64,000 nucleotides of DNA from Azolla caroliniana. Its lineage: Eukaryota > Plantae > Polypodiophyta. The position numbers and the translations under genes were made by a program. The notes under the pieces were generated by a model. It worked only from the letters and a program-made list of their open reading frames with translations, ran no database searches and was not told the DNA's origin. Positions 12,114 to 24,885 of the stretch are shown here, one piece after another; position 1 is the stretch's first letter, and every line of letters starts with the position of its first letter. The DNA lies in the NCBI GenBank assembly GCA_043228905.1, contig JBHGNT010000008.1, forward strand, positions 4,960,001-5,024,000, in the 5' to 3' direction.

Positions 12114-14204
12114 TCAATAATGGGCTTTAAAAGGGGTGTAGGTCTTGAGATCATTTACAATTCCGGCAATTGAACCAAGGGCAGCAGCTAGAGAAACAAG
12201 CAAACAAATCAAGCTCAACATTTGTAACCCAACCCATTTTGATGTCCATGACTTGATCTGGTTTTGGGAGATGTACATGGATACGGGGAAGTACACGGTG
12301 AGTGGCCAAAAGGCTGTGGCGCCCAAAAGCCCGAGGATGTCATTGAAGAAGGGGAGCACCATGGACACAAGTGTTGTCGCGGCCACGAAAAGACTCCTCC
12401 ATAGGATCCTAAATAAGCTTACCTGTATCGGGCGCTCGAATGGGCTCGGAATCTTGTGCTCATGGCTTAGGATTGTGTTGGTCGGCCATTTGCCGGCCAC
12501 CCAATCCTCGACAAATGCAAACACAGGCTGTGCAAACACCTAAGATATAAAAAAAAAAACAAAGCCACGATTTCACGGACGTTAAATGTCTACAATTTGA
12601 TAGATTTAATCTGTTCAATGTCACATATTAACACATACTATCACATATGTCACATATTAGGTGTTCATAGATGATATCTGTTCAATGTCACATATTAGGT
12701 TCACATACTATCACATATTAAGGTTAGGTTTTCACATATTAGGTTCACATACTATCACATATTAAGGTTAGGTTTTCACATATTAGGTTCACATATTCTC
12801 ACATATTAGGTTTTCACCTATTATATCACATGTTGGGTTCACATACTATCACATATTAGGTTCAATACGTATGTCACATGGTTTCACAATTTGATATAAT
12901 CCATTCAATGTCAAATATTAGGCATATTAGGTTTAATCCGTACGTCACATGGTTTTTCACAATTCAATAGTTTTAATCCGTTCAATGTCACACATTATGT
13001 TGGGAGATTGGTCATTAAACTTTGTTTTTACCTGATAGGCACCAACTAGGTGCACTGTGATACAAGCATTCGCAAAATCCACAAGCCAATATGGGTTATA
13101 GAAGCCGAAACCAGTAAGGAGGTTTCCGGGGGCCTCATTCCCGAATGCGACATACCCCATACATCCTACTGATATGTAGTAAAGACTCGTTATCAATATA
13201 CCCAAGGATGAGGCCCTCTTCATGGTCTTGTTCTCCGGTGGTGGTGATTTCAACGTGTCCTGGTCCAAATTACTATATACATTTAGGGGAAATCCGCATA
13301 ACTGAATTATGTAAGAGATCATCATGTAACTAAAATTTCTGAATTATGTAAGAGATCATGTAATTAAAATTTCTAAATTATGTAAGAGATAATGTAAATA
13401 AAACTCTTACTTGAATCTCAATGAGGATCATCATAAACGAATACGCGAATGCAATGTTCCCTAGGGCTTGGAAAACCGACCAGATCTTTTGCTCTTTAGA
13501 TATCACTCCGATTGCAACTCCCGTGAGAGACCCATATGAATGCCCATCCAGCTCTTAATTAATATCCAGATGAAAAAAAGCAAAAAATGTTATTGATACA
13601 ATTTGTGTAGGGAATGCAAATCAATTACTACTAGTAGAAATCTAATTAATATCCAGATAAGAAAAAGCATACTGATACAATTTGTGTAGGGAATGCAATC
13701 AATTGCTATTTGTAAAACTCTAATTAATATCCAGATAAAAAAGAAGTTTTGATACAATTTGTTTAGGGAATGCAAATCAATTGCTATTTGTAAAACTCTA
13801 AATAATATCCAGATGAAAAAAAAGCAATAAATGTCTATTGATACAATTTGTGTAGGGAATGCAATCATTTGCTACTTGTAAAACTTTAATTAATATCCAG
13901 ATGAAAAAAAGCAATAAATGTTTATTGATACAAATTGTGTAGGGAATGCAAATCAATTGCTACTTAGTAAAAACTCGATAATACCAGTTGCTTTCCCAAT
14001 TGACAATCCCAAGCCAATGGAGGAATAGGAGAAAGACATGATGGCAGCTACTATAGAAAGCCACCACAACCTATTGAAATCAGGGATTTGCGAGAGAACG
14101 ATTTGTATTGCGCCGAATATGATCATGTAAACGTTATTCGATGGTTGGCATTTCGCCTCATGTCCTCTTCGATAGAAGCAATCTGACCTATTAATCGCCC
14201 TAAA

Positions 14205-14236
<32 letters not shown>

Positions 14237-15821
14237 ATAATGTAGTAGCATAGTAGCAAAAATTTAACATAAATTCAGAAAAGAAGATACAAAAAATTGG
14301 ATCATAACAATGCCGAGTGTTTCAATTATTTGAAAGTATCGTTGAATTTCATGCGCACTTACACCATGCTAATAGATGCCGTGATCGTATAACCTATCGA
14401 TGTCCCAACCAACATTATGTATTGCACAAACCCACAAAACCACACTTGATTCCCACCTACACCAAACATACACATCATAATCATCACTTTAATCAGTCAA
14501 ATTAACCCCCCCATTTTGATCAAATCTTGTTAACTCATCATCAATGATTTCTATACATGCAAGAACACACACACAAATTTTTTATGTTTTTTAACCTAGA
14601 TATGCTCTCACTGCATCCATGTATGTATAATTTCGTCGTCCCGAGATGGGGTCTGGATATCGGTAGCAATCTGCCAGTAGCAGTGCCATGTACCAAGTAA
14701 TGACCGCAAAACCTAGCAGGATCGGAGGTCCGGCAATCCACCCAATTTGAGCCATGCTCCATGCCAGCGACAATACACCAGAGCCGATGACCGCGGTGAT
14801 TACGTGGGCTGTGGCGGTCCATACATTCCCTGCATGAATATCACAAAAAAGCTTTAAGAAAAAAGGAAGACTAATCAAGTTAAGTTATAAAGGGTTTGGG
14901 GTGGATCAAGTTAAAGTAATAGGGTTTCGGGGTGGATCAAGTTAAAGTAATAGGGTTTCGGGGTGGATCAAGTTAAGTGATAGGGTTTCGGGGTGGATCA
15001 AGTTAAGTTATAGGGTTTCGGGGTGGATCAAGTTAAGTTATAGGGGGTTTGGGGTGGATCAAGTTAAAGTGATAGGGTTTCGGGGTGGATCAAGTTAAGT
15101 TATAGGGGGTTTGAGGTGGATCAAGTTAAAGTGATAGGGTTTGGGGTGGATCAAGTTGAGTTATAGGGTTTAGGGGTGGATCAAGTTGAGTGATAGGGTT
15201 TAGGGGTGGATCAAGTTAAGTGATAGGGTTTAGGGGTGGATCAAGTTAAGTTATAGGGTTTGGGGTGGATCAAATTAAGTTATAGGGTTTGGGGTGGATC
15301 AAATTAAGTTATAGGGTTTGGGGTGGATCAAATTAAGTTATAGGGGGTTTGGGGTGGATCAAGTTAAAGTGATAGGGTTTGGGGTGGATCAAGTTAAAGT
15401 GATAGGGTTTGGGGTGGATCAAGTTAAGTTATAGGGTTTTGGGGTGGATCAAGTTAAAGTGATAGGGTTTGGGGTGGATCAAGTTAAGTTATAGGGTTTA
15501 GGGGTGGATCAAGTTAAGTGATAGGGTTCAAGTTAAGTGATAGGGTTTAGGGTTTAGGCACCCAACATGTATAGGAAAACAAAAAAAAGCAAATTAAATC
15601 ACAGAGGGAGCACCGGTTCGTCGGATATGGCCATCGTCATCGCGGCTATGGGTCCGGATGAGGACAAACGGGCTTCCGATATCTTTCCCGATCATCTCCA
15701 TCGCATATCCCGCACTTCTCACTGAATCATCCCTGTTTGTCGAACAATCCGAATTGGAGTCCAACCGAGTGAGGCTATAGTTTGTGGTGGACATTATTAT
15801 GTTGCCATCTAATTGCCCCAT
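12114..15821 (-). CDS. AAP: Amino acid permease (AAAP/AAP family); complement join(15821..15614,14829..14596,14456..14363,14199..13985,13553..13411,13259..13032,12539..12114)
   Basis: Motifs DDDGHIRRTGNVWTATAHVITAVIGSGVLSLAW, SQIPDFNRLWWLSIVAAIMSFSYSSIG, QALGNIAFAYS..ILIEIQDTLKSPPPEN, APGNLLTGFGFYNPYWL, LPFFNDILGLLGATAFWPLTVYFP; all introns GT-AG and phase-compatible. Start codon uncertain (15821 or 15794). Confidence 0.95.
12600..13000. repeat. Degenerate minisatellite (TCACATATTAGG core) in AAP intron 6
   Basis: Core repeated more than 10 times. Confidence 0.85.
13555..13980. repeat. ~80-90-bp tandem repeat (5 copies) filling AAP intron 4
   Basis: TAATATCCAGAT..AAAAAG..TGATACAATTTGTGTAGGGAATGCAAATCAATT repeated. 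Confidence 0.9.
14875..15558. repeat. ~30-bp telomere-like minisatellite (GGGTGGATCAAGTTAAGT(T/G)ATAGGGTTT(A/C/T)G), about 20 copies, AAP intron 1
   Basis: Directly visible; contains TAGGGTTT and TTTAGGG motifs. Confidence 0.93.
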
Positions 15822-16009
15822 GAAAATATATGGACTTCTCAATCTTGATTTTGGACTAGTAACTCTATGCTAAAGATATAGCTAGTAGCTATGTATAGGA
15901 TTACTAGTCCCAAAAACAGTGGTACTTCTTGTGGGCAATTGTGTAAAAATGCAGTAACATTCTGTCACAAACAGCAATTCTTTGTCAAATACTTCCCCAA
16001 GATTAATGA

Positions 16010-16617
16010 ATAGTAACTGCAGTTTTTGTTCATACTCAGGGAGGATTAATCATTGTACACACATATATATGCATACATATGCATGCAATCAATACAACAG
16101 TATGAATACTGCAATTTTTTTGTTCATACTTGGGAAGATTAATGCATACAATACAACATTAGGAACACTGCAATTTTTGTTCATACTTGGGGAGGATTAT
16201 ACACACATACATGCCTACATATACATGCATACAATACAACATCATGAACACTGCAATTTTTGTTCATACTTGGGGAGGATTATACACACATACATGCCTA
16301 CATATACATGCATACAATACAACATCATGAACACTGCAATTTTTGTTCATACTTGGGGAGGATTATACACACATACATGCCTACATATACATGCATACAA
16401 TTACAACATTATGAATACTGCAATTTTTCTTCATACTTGGAAGGATTATACAAACATATATATATATATATACATGCATACAATTACAACATTATGAATA
16501 CTGCAATTTTTCTTCATACTTGGAAGGATTATACAAACATATATATATATATACATGCATACAATTACAACATTATGAATACTGCAATTTTTCTTCATAC
16601 TTGGAAGGATTATACAA

Positions 16618-16648
<31 letters not shown>

Positions 16649-16660
16649 CATACAACGCAA
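16010..16660. repeat. ~70-80-bp tandem repeat upstream of the AAP start codon (probably a 5'UTR intron)
   Basis: ACTGCAATTTTT(G/C)TTCATACTTGG..GGATTATACA repeated about 8 times. Confidence 0.85.
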
Positions 16661-18239
16661 TGCATGTGCAGACCGCAAAAATAAAAAACATTTACACAAT
16701 ATATACACATATGCATATACAGAGGGACAACACATACAGAGTATAACACATGCATACAATTAGAGAAACAAAGCATGTTATGTACAGAAATAATTACAGC
16801 GTATACAAATTTAATGCAAATTAATATCCAACAATGGTGGGAAAGACTCTGTTTGTGGATTGCAAACGAATTGAGGATCAAATAAATCTCCCAATCTAAT
16901 ATAAATTTTGTTGTTATTATTAACATGAACAATGGTGGACATGAATCTGTTGTGAATTGCAAACGAATTGAGAACCAAATAAATCACCCAATCCAATAAA
17001 GTTTTGTTTGTTTTGACCCCCTTCTATGATTATAACAGGCTTGAATAGTGTGTGTTCTTGCAGCAGCCTCCTCCCCCCCACCTTGATGATGATGATGATA
17101 TGATCATGAACATGAATCAATCACAAGGCTCAAAAATACCCACATATAAATACATTATTATACACATACATGCATATACATACATATTATGTATGAATGT
17201 CTGCAGGTATGGGATTGAAATGTGATTATAATTAGAAGAAGAAGAAGAAGAAGATTTGGATGCAGAAATTAATAGGAAAGAAGAACAGAGAGAGTGAGAG
17301 GAAGACTGATCAATATTTATGAAATTTAATTAATTCATAAACTAATTATATGAAGAAAGAAAACACTGTAAACTACATTATGATTTGCATGGTGGAGGTT
17401 TAAGTGCCCAATTTAGCAAATTCAATAAATAAAAATACCTCCATGCAAAAAAAAAACAATCAAAGTTATTTATATTTGCAAAAAACAAGTTATATTTACA
17501 TCATATGTTTATATATATACACAAATAAAATAAAACAATTGCTATTTAATAAAAACTGGAAGAAATGAAAAAACATATTATCCAAAACTGAAATACCAAT
17601 AAAGAGAATTTATTTACTCCTATATATTTACTACTTAGATAATGTTTTAAAATTTAAACAGCTTCATTATGAAATAAACACTAATTTCTTTTCCAGCTCT
17701 TTGTTTTTAAATGTCTATACTATAGTAATAATTATAGCATAGCAGTAATAGCAGAATAATAATAATAATAGATGAAATCTAAAAATGTAGATGCTATCTT
17801 TAAATGGGCGAATTCCATCAATAACATAAACTTTTGCTTTTTCTTTACATTTCATTTCACCATAATAGGTTCCTAAGTTTGTAAAGAATCACCAAACTGT
17901 CCCCCCTACTTCACAAGTCTTCTTCAAACCTCAAAGCTTGGTGATGTGTACTTCAATGTTTTCCTCATGCACTCCATTCACATCTTCAGAAGACACAATA
18001 GATAACACTCGGAGTTGTTCGACTCCTATCCTCAATTATATGGCAACCAATCTCTACAAACACATTTTGAAGGTGTCGTGGCTTTATGAATTAATGTTGG
18101 GATTGTGGTTATGAGTAAGATGTGTGTGTCCGTATGATGGAATTATGAAACCTCCAACCTCTAGGATAGTGGCAGCAGTCCATGATTTTCCGTGTCGGGG
18201 TAGTGACATATGTTAGTTGTGAGTAGAGGTTGGAGGTTT

Positions 18240-19400
18240 GAAACCATGAACAGAAATAAATCATGGAAGATGTCGAGGCAAGCCATCCAATAATGATGCA
18301 CTACAAATGGGTGGTGGACATTTTAGTAATGTTGATAGGTTTGTGGCAAATGCACTACGCCATGCTAGCAAGGGAGGATCTCATTAACTAGGTGGAAGGT
18401 CGTTAAGAAGTAAAACAATAGTGGTACACAAATTCCTCCTTGAAGATGTCATTTGTAGATATGGGTGTGTCAACATAATAATAGTAGATAGAGGTGAACT
18501 AGATGCACACATGAAGCTAAAATAATATTTTCAAGGATTAGTGTCAACTTGTCACTCACCACAACATACAAATCGAAGACAAACGGGAAAGTGGAAAGAG
18601 AACATGGACCAATCTTGAAAGCGTTACTAACAGTTTGTTACATGAAGATGGGAGAATGGCTACAATTGTTATCATATGCATTATTATGGGCTGACAAAAC
18701 TATGCATAGCACAGTCACAAGATATATGCCAACCAAGCTCATCTTAGATTAAATTCCAACCATGCCAATCAACCAAGATATTATTTCCTAGTCCACTTTA
18801 TAGTCGCAAGATAAGATGAGCATGGAAGATTAGCTAACTACGAGGATCTAACAATTAGAGCAGAGATCTGGCAATAAAGCATTTGAGAAGCTTGATTGAA
18901 AAACAAAAGAAACATTTCTAGATTCTAGAAACTTTGCATGAAAAAGATTGAAGAAGGAAATTGGGTTCTTGTTTATTATAATAGTTTGGACACTCAACAT
19001 ACCATAGGTTGGAAGCTCTTGAAATAATAGTTCAAGCCTATAGTTGGAAGCTCTTGAAATAATGGTTCAAGCCTACAGTTGGAAGCTCTTGAAATAATGG
19101 TTCAAGCCTACAATTGGAAGCTCTTGAAATAATGGTTCAAGTTGTGTGTGATCAAGAAGGTTGAAGATAATATGATGTATTTGTCTAGAGGAACTAGAAG
19201 GCACTAAACCCTTTTTGTCAATGGCAGGGAAAAGAATTTAAATCATCACGACGAGAGGAGCAACAAATATACAAACCAATAATCAAGACAATGAAGACTA
19301 CACATTGAAGAAGAGGAAGAGTGCGATAAAAAAGAGAAGATGTCCACCATCAATACATACCGAAGGGTGTGCAGATTTGGTGGGGGTGGGTGTCATACCA
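18240..19400 (+). mobile_element. Degenerate Ty3/Gypsy integrase remnant ending in a PPT and probable LTR start at ~19391
   Basis: LEDVICRYGC..IIVDRGELDA and NGKVEREHGPILKALL..W..LLSYALLWADKT; GGTGGGGGTGGG|TGTCA. Confidence 0.7.
19007..19142. repeat. 4 x ~35-bp tandem repeat (GTTGGAAGCTCTTGAAATAATGGTTCAAGCCTACA)
   Basis: Directly visible. Confidence 0.9.
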
Positions 19401-20489
19401 CCTTTAGTGCACTTTATGACACAAAAAGAGAGGATATCCACCATCGACACCGGTGTTGTGGCATGCCCTAAGGTGGAAAGCATGGGAGAAAGAAAAACTA
19501 GGGTTGTCATAACCTATGTATATATAGATATGAAAGTAAAATAATTAGTAAGATTGAATGGCTTAGTGGTTAGAGCTATTGGCTTAGTATTGTGGGTGTA
19601 GATTTTGAATCTCTCTTGGAATACTTGCATTTAATGCAAAACATGTGCCTTTCTCCTTATAAAAGGAGAGCAAGAGCACTCATTTGCTGCTTCAGTTTTT
19701 CTTTTAGGGTTTTTGTCATTTTTTTAATGAGCTTGAGGAGAAGGAAGAGTTCTTAAATTTCGACATTCAACTTTCAGCATTTGGGGGGGGGGGGGGGGGG
19801 GGGTCGACCTTGAATTTTCTTCACATCTTCTTCTCTACCTCCTCTTCTATTTACTAGGTGTTCGTCGTTGTCTTCATCATCTTAGCAAGATCCTTACACG
19901 TGAATGGTTTCACAAAGAGATTCAGTTAACTTGCTTATTGGTCATTTGAAGGAAGCACAAATTGGCATGTCACCCCCATTAATACCCCATTTCCTATTTT
20001 TGTCTATTTAAACCTTGTACAAGCCACCATAATCATGGCATTATTTGGTGATATCGTTAGTCATTTTATAAAGAAGCTTCCTTCATCTAATGGTATGTGT
20101 AGGGCACTTAAACGTGGTGTTTCTCATTCACCGTGGAATCGTAGTCATCGACATTCACATCGTCATCTTGACTTGCATTGTCTACGTTCGAGCCATGGGG
20201 TAATGTTCGACTCCTTAACTAAGTTCGAGTCCTTTGAGCTTTCAAGTCCTTAGAGTGATCAAGTCTTCTGAGCATTCAAGTCCTTGGAGTGTTCGAGTCT
20301 TCCGAACGTTTGACACCTTGGAAAGTTCAAGGCCCCCCTTTATGTCTGAGTTCCCCACGTATGTGGCTCCCTAATCTTTGTGTTCTCTCAACCTTCACAA
20401 CCTCCTTGGTCCAAGAACCCATGTGATCCTGCTCGAGTAGCATATGCATGTGCATTTACACAACATATTTGGTGAACTCAATGTGAGAG

Positions 20490-20890
20490 AGCACCAAGGG
20501 GGAGGTAGGGATGCAAGGAGAAGATCTTGCCAAGATGATGACAATGTCCATGGACCAGATGATGCATGAAAGAGACAACACTACGTGACCTAGATTAGAC
20601 CATATCTAGTCAGTCGTCAGAACCACTGGTCAGTTTAACAAAAAGGATGTCTCATGCTACCTAGAGGCTTTTAAACCCTAAATGTTGATAAGAAGCATTC
20701 CAAAAGTGAGGTAACTAATTGGATTTGCAAGGGTAGTAGTGTCATTCTCCATTCGGAGATACCCCAAGATGCAAGCAAAGAGCCATGACTAGAAGAGTAT
20801 CACTCTAGTAGAAGATTATGGCTTTGATAACTCTTTGAAGAGGACAAAGAAAGACCTAATGGATTGGATTGAATAACTTGACAAGGGGAG
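20490..20890 (+). mobile_element. Decayed gag remnant resembling the gag of the 35025-38527 element
   Basis: GGTCAGTTTAACAAAAAGGATGTCTCATGCTACCTA translates GQFNKKDVSCYL, compare GQFNGNDVSRYL. Confidence 0.55.
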
Positions 20891-21201
20891 GTCCACTACT
20901 TGCCATCAGTTGGGATACGTGTGGGGAAGGAAATGAGAAACTAAGATGGGAAGGAGGCTGAATTTTGGTCCTCTATCCTCAAGAACCTCACAAAAGGGAA
21001 GCTCTGAAAGGAGGACGCGGACCAAACCAAAAAGAGGGTCCAACAAGTAACCGGATGGAAAGATTTAGTGGAGGGAAAGACATGTTTGGTTTAAGCCACC
21101 TACCTAAACTATGAGGTTCTAGTTGAAGATTTTTTTTATCATGACATACATTTTGGGTTATACGGATTCAAACCCACAACCTCTTAGTATACGTGTGAAA
21201 T

Positions 21202-21646
21202 TGTTGAGGTATCAAGCTCAACTTAGTTTTGCCATTTAGTTAACCACGTAACTTACTAAGTAGTTACCTAGATAGAATCTAGTTAGTGTGTTGACCTTTA
21301 AACCCTTAAATAAGATCTTGTACTTGTACGTAAGTGGGGATACATTCTAGATCCTCCACTACCAAGTATACTTAATATAGGACTTACATCCTTGTACCTA
21401 TATTCTACTCACACATGTGCACCCGTGCACATGAGTTGTATATATGCTTATTAATATAGAGAAAGGTCGTTAGCTACACTCTTGTTAATCATCCCCCATT
21501 TATCTTATTGCTCATAAGTAAATCTTCCTCTCTCTCTTCTTCTCGCACACATATCACATAATCTTGCGCAACCTAATCACATACGTGATTAACTTCTCAC
21601 ATAATTAGATACTAATTAACCCTAGTCGGTCATCTAATTATTAACA
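21202..21646. mobile_element. Solo LTR (445 bp), same family as 49221-49661
   Basis: TGTTGAG..ATCAAGCTCAAC ... TTAACA termini, colinear with 49221-49661; TSD imperfect (GAAAT/AAAAC). Confidence 0.8.
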
Positions 21647-21759
21647 AAAACCGTTTAACCATTATGGTAACATATATAATGTATAATTAAATATTATTAG
21701 TTATTATAAGATATTTAGAATATTCTAGAACATATGTTTGTAGCTTTAACAACTACCGA

Positions 21760-22550
21760 ATTGGGGGTCCAACTACCAAAGAACTATACAGAATTCTCTA
21801 ATGTGTTTGATAAAGTGAAAGCCAATAGACTATTAGAGCATCGACCATATGACTGCCCGATTGATTTGCAGCTAGGAAAAGAGCCTCCATGAGGGCCAAT
21901 TTATAACCTTTCACCCATGGAGTTAGAGGTTCTTCGGGAATATATCGATGAGAACTTGGCAAATGGGTTTATCCAACATTCAAGATCTCCTATCGGCGCA
22001 TCCATCTTTTTCGTTAAGAAGAAAGATGGTTCGCTTCGTCTAGTCATGTATTATCAGGGATTGAATAAAGTGACTATTCAAAACAAATATGGTCCATCAT
22101 TGATTTCAAGCCTTCTGGAACGCCTCCGCGGAGCAAAATATTTCACGAAGTTAGAGCTTAGAGGTGCTTACAACATTGGTTGAATGTGTCCTGGGGATGA
22201 ATGGACGACTACTTTCTGCACTCGCTATAGCCATTTCGAGTATACAATAATGCCATTTGGTCTCACACATGCACAAATAGTTTTTCAACATATGATTACT
22301 AACATTTTTTGAGATTTCCTCAATATCTTCATCATAGTTTACCTGTATGATATCTTGATCATATGCGTCTTCACCCAACATTCCATGTTTCACTTTTGGA
22401 GCCCTACACAACAAGCTCTATTCCTCATCATGTTACATCTCCCCCACCTCCAGTCGATTTTTCAGATGGCTCTGAATATGAAGTTGTTGTCATTCTTGAC
22501 TCCAAGATCATCTGCAACAAACTATATTATTTGGTTGATTGGTTAGTGTG
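21760..22550 (+). mobile_element. Tcn1-like chromovirus pol fragment (RT N-terminus fused by deletion to the chromodomain region)
   Basis: [38 protein letters not shown]; MRLHPTFHVSLLEPY..EYEV..ILDSKIICNKLYYLVDWL. Confidence 0.85.
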
Positions 22551-22695
22551 AAAGTGTTTTTAGAATTCAAGAAATTGAAAATTAGAAGAATATAAGGTAT
22601 GGAGCATTTACATTTGGAGGCTAAGAACACGAACCAAGACCTTAAGAAGAAGTCAAAAGTGAGATCATTAATTTTTCCATTAATATGGAAAGGGC

Positions 22696-24242
22696 CTAAC
22701 CTTTGATAATCCAGTTTGTCACATGGTCGAGTAGTTTTGATGTGTCGTCGTAATACCCATACTCGATCGCCAATATCAAAATAGAATGGAAGTCGATGAC
22801 GATCTGCATAATCCTTCTGTGTTTGTTCAGCATGATGTAAGTGGGTAGATATTCTACTTGAATTCTTCGTAGCCGCTCCAAATGATCCTCTGCACTAGGA
22901 TTTGTGGGTAACTCAGGAGTTTCTAACACACACCAACGAGGATGATAGCTTTTGTAAGCATAGAATGGTGTAACCCTAGTAGAGGAGTGGATAGAATTAC
23001 TATAAGCAAATTCAGCAAAGTGTAGAATATTTGCCCAATCATCTTGTTGATTGCTTAAGAAACATTGAAGATACTGTTCCAACATTTGATTGGTACGTTT
23101 TGCTTGTCCATCTGTTTGGGAATGATAGCCGAAGGAGAGATTGCAGGTGACCTTGAGCATTTTGAAGAGATGCTTCCAAAATTTAGAGACGAATTGAGGT
23201 CCACGATCACTGATGATACTATCGGGAAGACCATGATGTCAAAATACTACATGCATAACAATTCTTGTGGTTTCTTCACTAGTCACTAGTTTAGTATAGG
23301 GCACGAAATGTGTCATCTTAGTATATTGATCTACCACTGTTAAGATTGCATTGAAGCCCTTCGAATCTAGAAGATCTGTGATAAAATCTAGAGATTCTGA
23401 AATAGATTGTTGTGGTTTGCTGGGATCGGTAATGGCTCCGACAAACCATATGGATGATGTCTAGGCACCTTCCCTCTGTAACATGTATCACATGTCTAAA
23501 CATAGTCTTGGACAAATCTTCGCATATGAGGCCACCAAAATTATTGTTGTACTAAATCCAACGTTTTAGTACTACCAAAATAACCGGCTTTGTACGTGTC
23601 ATGACAATTTTGTACTATTCGAAAGAGATAGGAACCATTGGGAACATACAAAAGTTTCTTAAAGAAGAGTAATCCATCAAGACATTCGAATTGTTGATAA
23701 TCCGTACCTGGTTGTTGTGACCGTGAACAAGATGCCCGAGAGGGATAGATTTGATCTAGACCAACTTGAGCGAAAACATATGTCTTCAAATCTTCACGTA
23801 TGGTATCGATAATGCGGGAATCCAATGGAGTGTCAAAAACCCATGTTGCTTGAAGTCGTGTCGGACCCAAGATTACTTTCTTTTGATTGTCGAAGGCCGG
23901 ATCTCCAAGACGAGGACCTAGATACGAACGTCCTGATAATGCATCTACCTTTCCTTGTTGCTTGCTGGGATGATATGTAATCTTGATGTCAAAACGAGTG
24001 AGGAACTGGGCCCACCGAGCTTGTCGTCTATTTAATACGCGAGCATTCTAGAAGTAGGCAAGATTCTTGTGATCACTGAATACAATGACTTGATGAGGAG
24101 ATCCTACTAAAAAATGCCTCTATTGTGCAAAAGAGTCCACTATTGCTAATAGTTCCTTGTCATGTATCTCGTAGTTGATTTCGGCGGCATCAAATTTGCG
24201 CGAGTGGAAAGCCACGGGATGTAGCTTCTCATCGTCGCCTTG
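22696..24242 (-). mobile_element. Tcn1-like chromovirus pol fragment (RNase H, integrase); continues at 32050-32190 beyond the insertion
   Basis: YHSQTDGQAKRTNQMLEQYL, FAEFAYSNSIHSST; RNase [14 protein letters not shown] joins ADVSDFALSNIFS at 32050. Confidence 0.85.
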
Positions 24243-24326
24243 GCACACCTCCACTCCCCACTCCTTATTTTCATTTTTCTAAAGCCTCTCCTAAACCTCC
24301 CTATATAAACACCATCAACCTCCAAA

Positions 24327-24380
24327 GGCCACTTAGCACTAATGAGCCCCATAGGAGGTGAAACTAGTTTGCTCGTGGCC
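24327..24380 (+). ncRNA. Minimal type-I hammerhead ribozyme motif (core variant CUAAUGA)
   Basis: GGCCAC TT AGCA-CTAATGA-GCCCC ATAG GAGGT-GAAA-CTAG-TT-TGCT C GTGGCC. Confidence 0.7.
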
Positions 24381-24885
24381 ATTCCCATTTCCCCTATCTC
24401 ATTGTAAATCATATCTTAATGAAGATTAGTATTGTTTAATCCCTCTCTCTCTCTCTCTCTCAAGCTTATGGGGATGTTTTAATCTCATTTAGTGTTTTAT
24501 TCTTATGTAGAGTTTTAATATTAGTATTTTGATCCTTCATCTCCCTCTCCCCTCCCTCTATCTCTTCTAATCCTCGCCTACACCAAGTTTTGTCTACGAT
24601 TCAGGTGCTCTCAAATCGATCTTGGTGGTCTCGTCTCCCTCTCGTCTTATCTATAACCCACCAATGATTTCATTGTTCCGCACTCCTTGTACCGGCCAAA
24701 AGGTCAACAAAAACACATGAAGAGATAATGGTTTACTATGGAGGTCTACATATCGGGGATAGGCACCCACATCAAAGTCGCATCGTCATTCGTCGAGCCT
24801 TCGTTCATGTCGAGTGCCCCCACTAAGCATTATGTGGTGTTTGCAACGGCATCATTGGTTTTCCCATCCTCTCGCACCACAAGCA

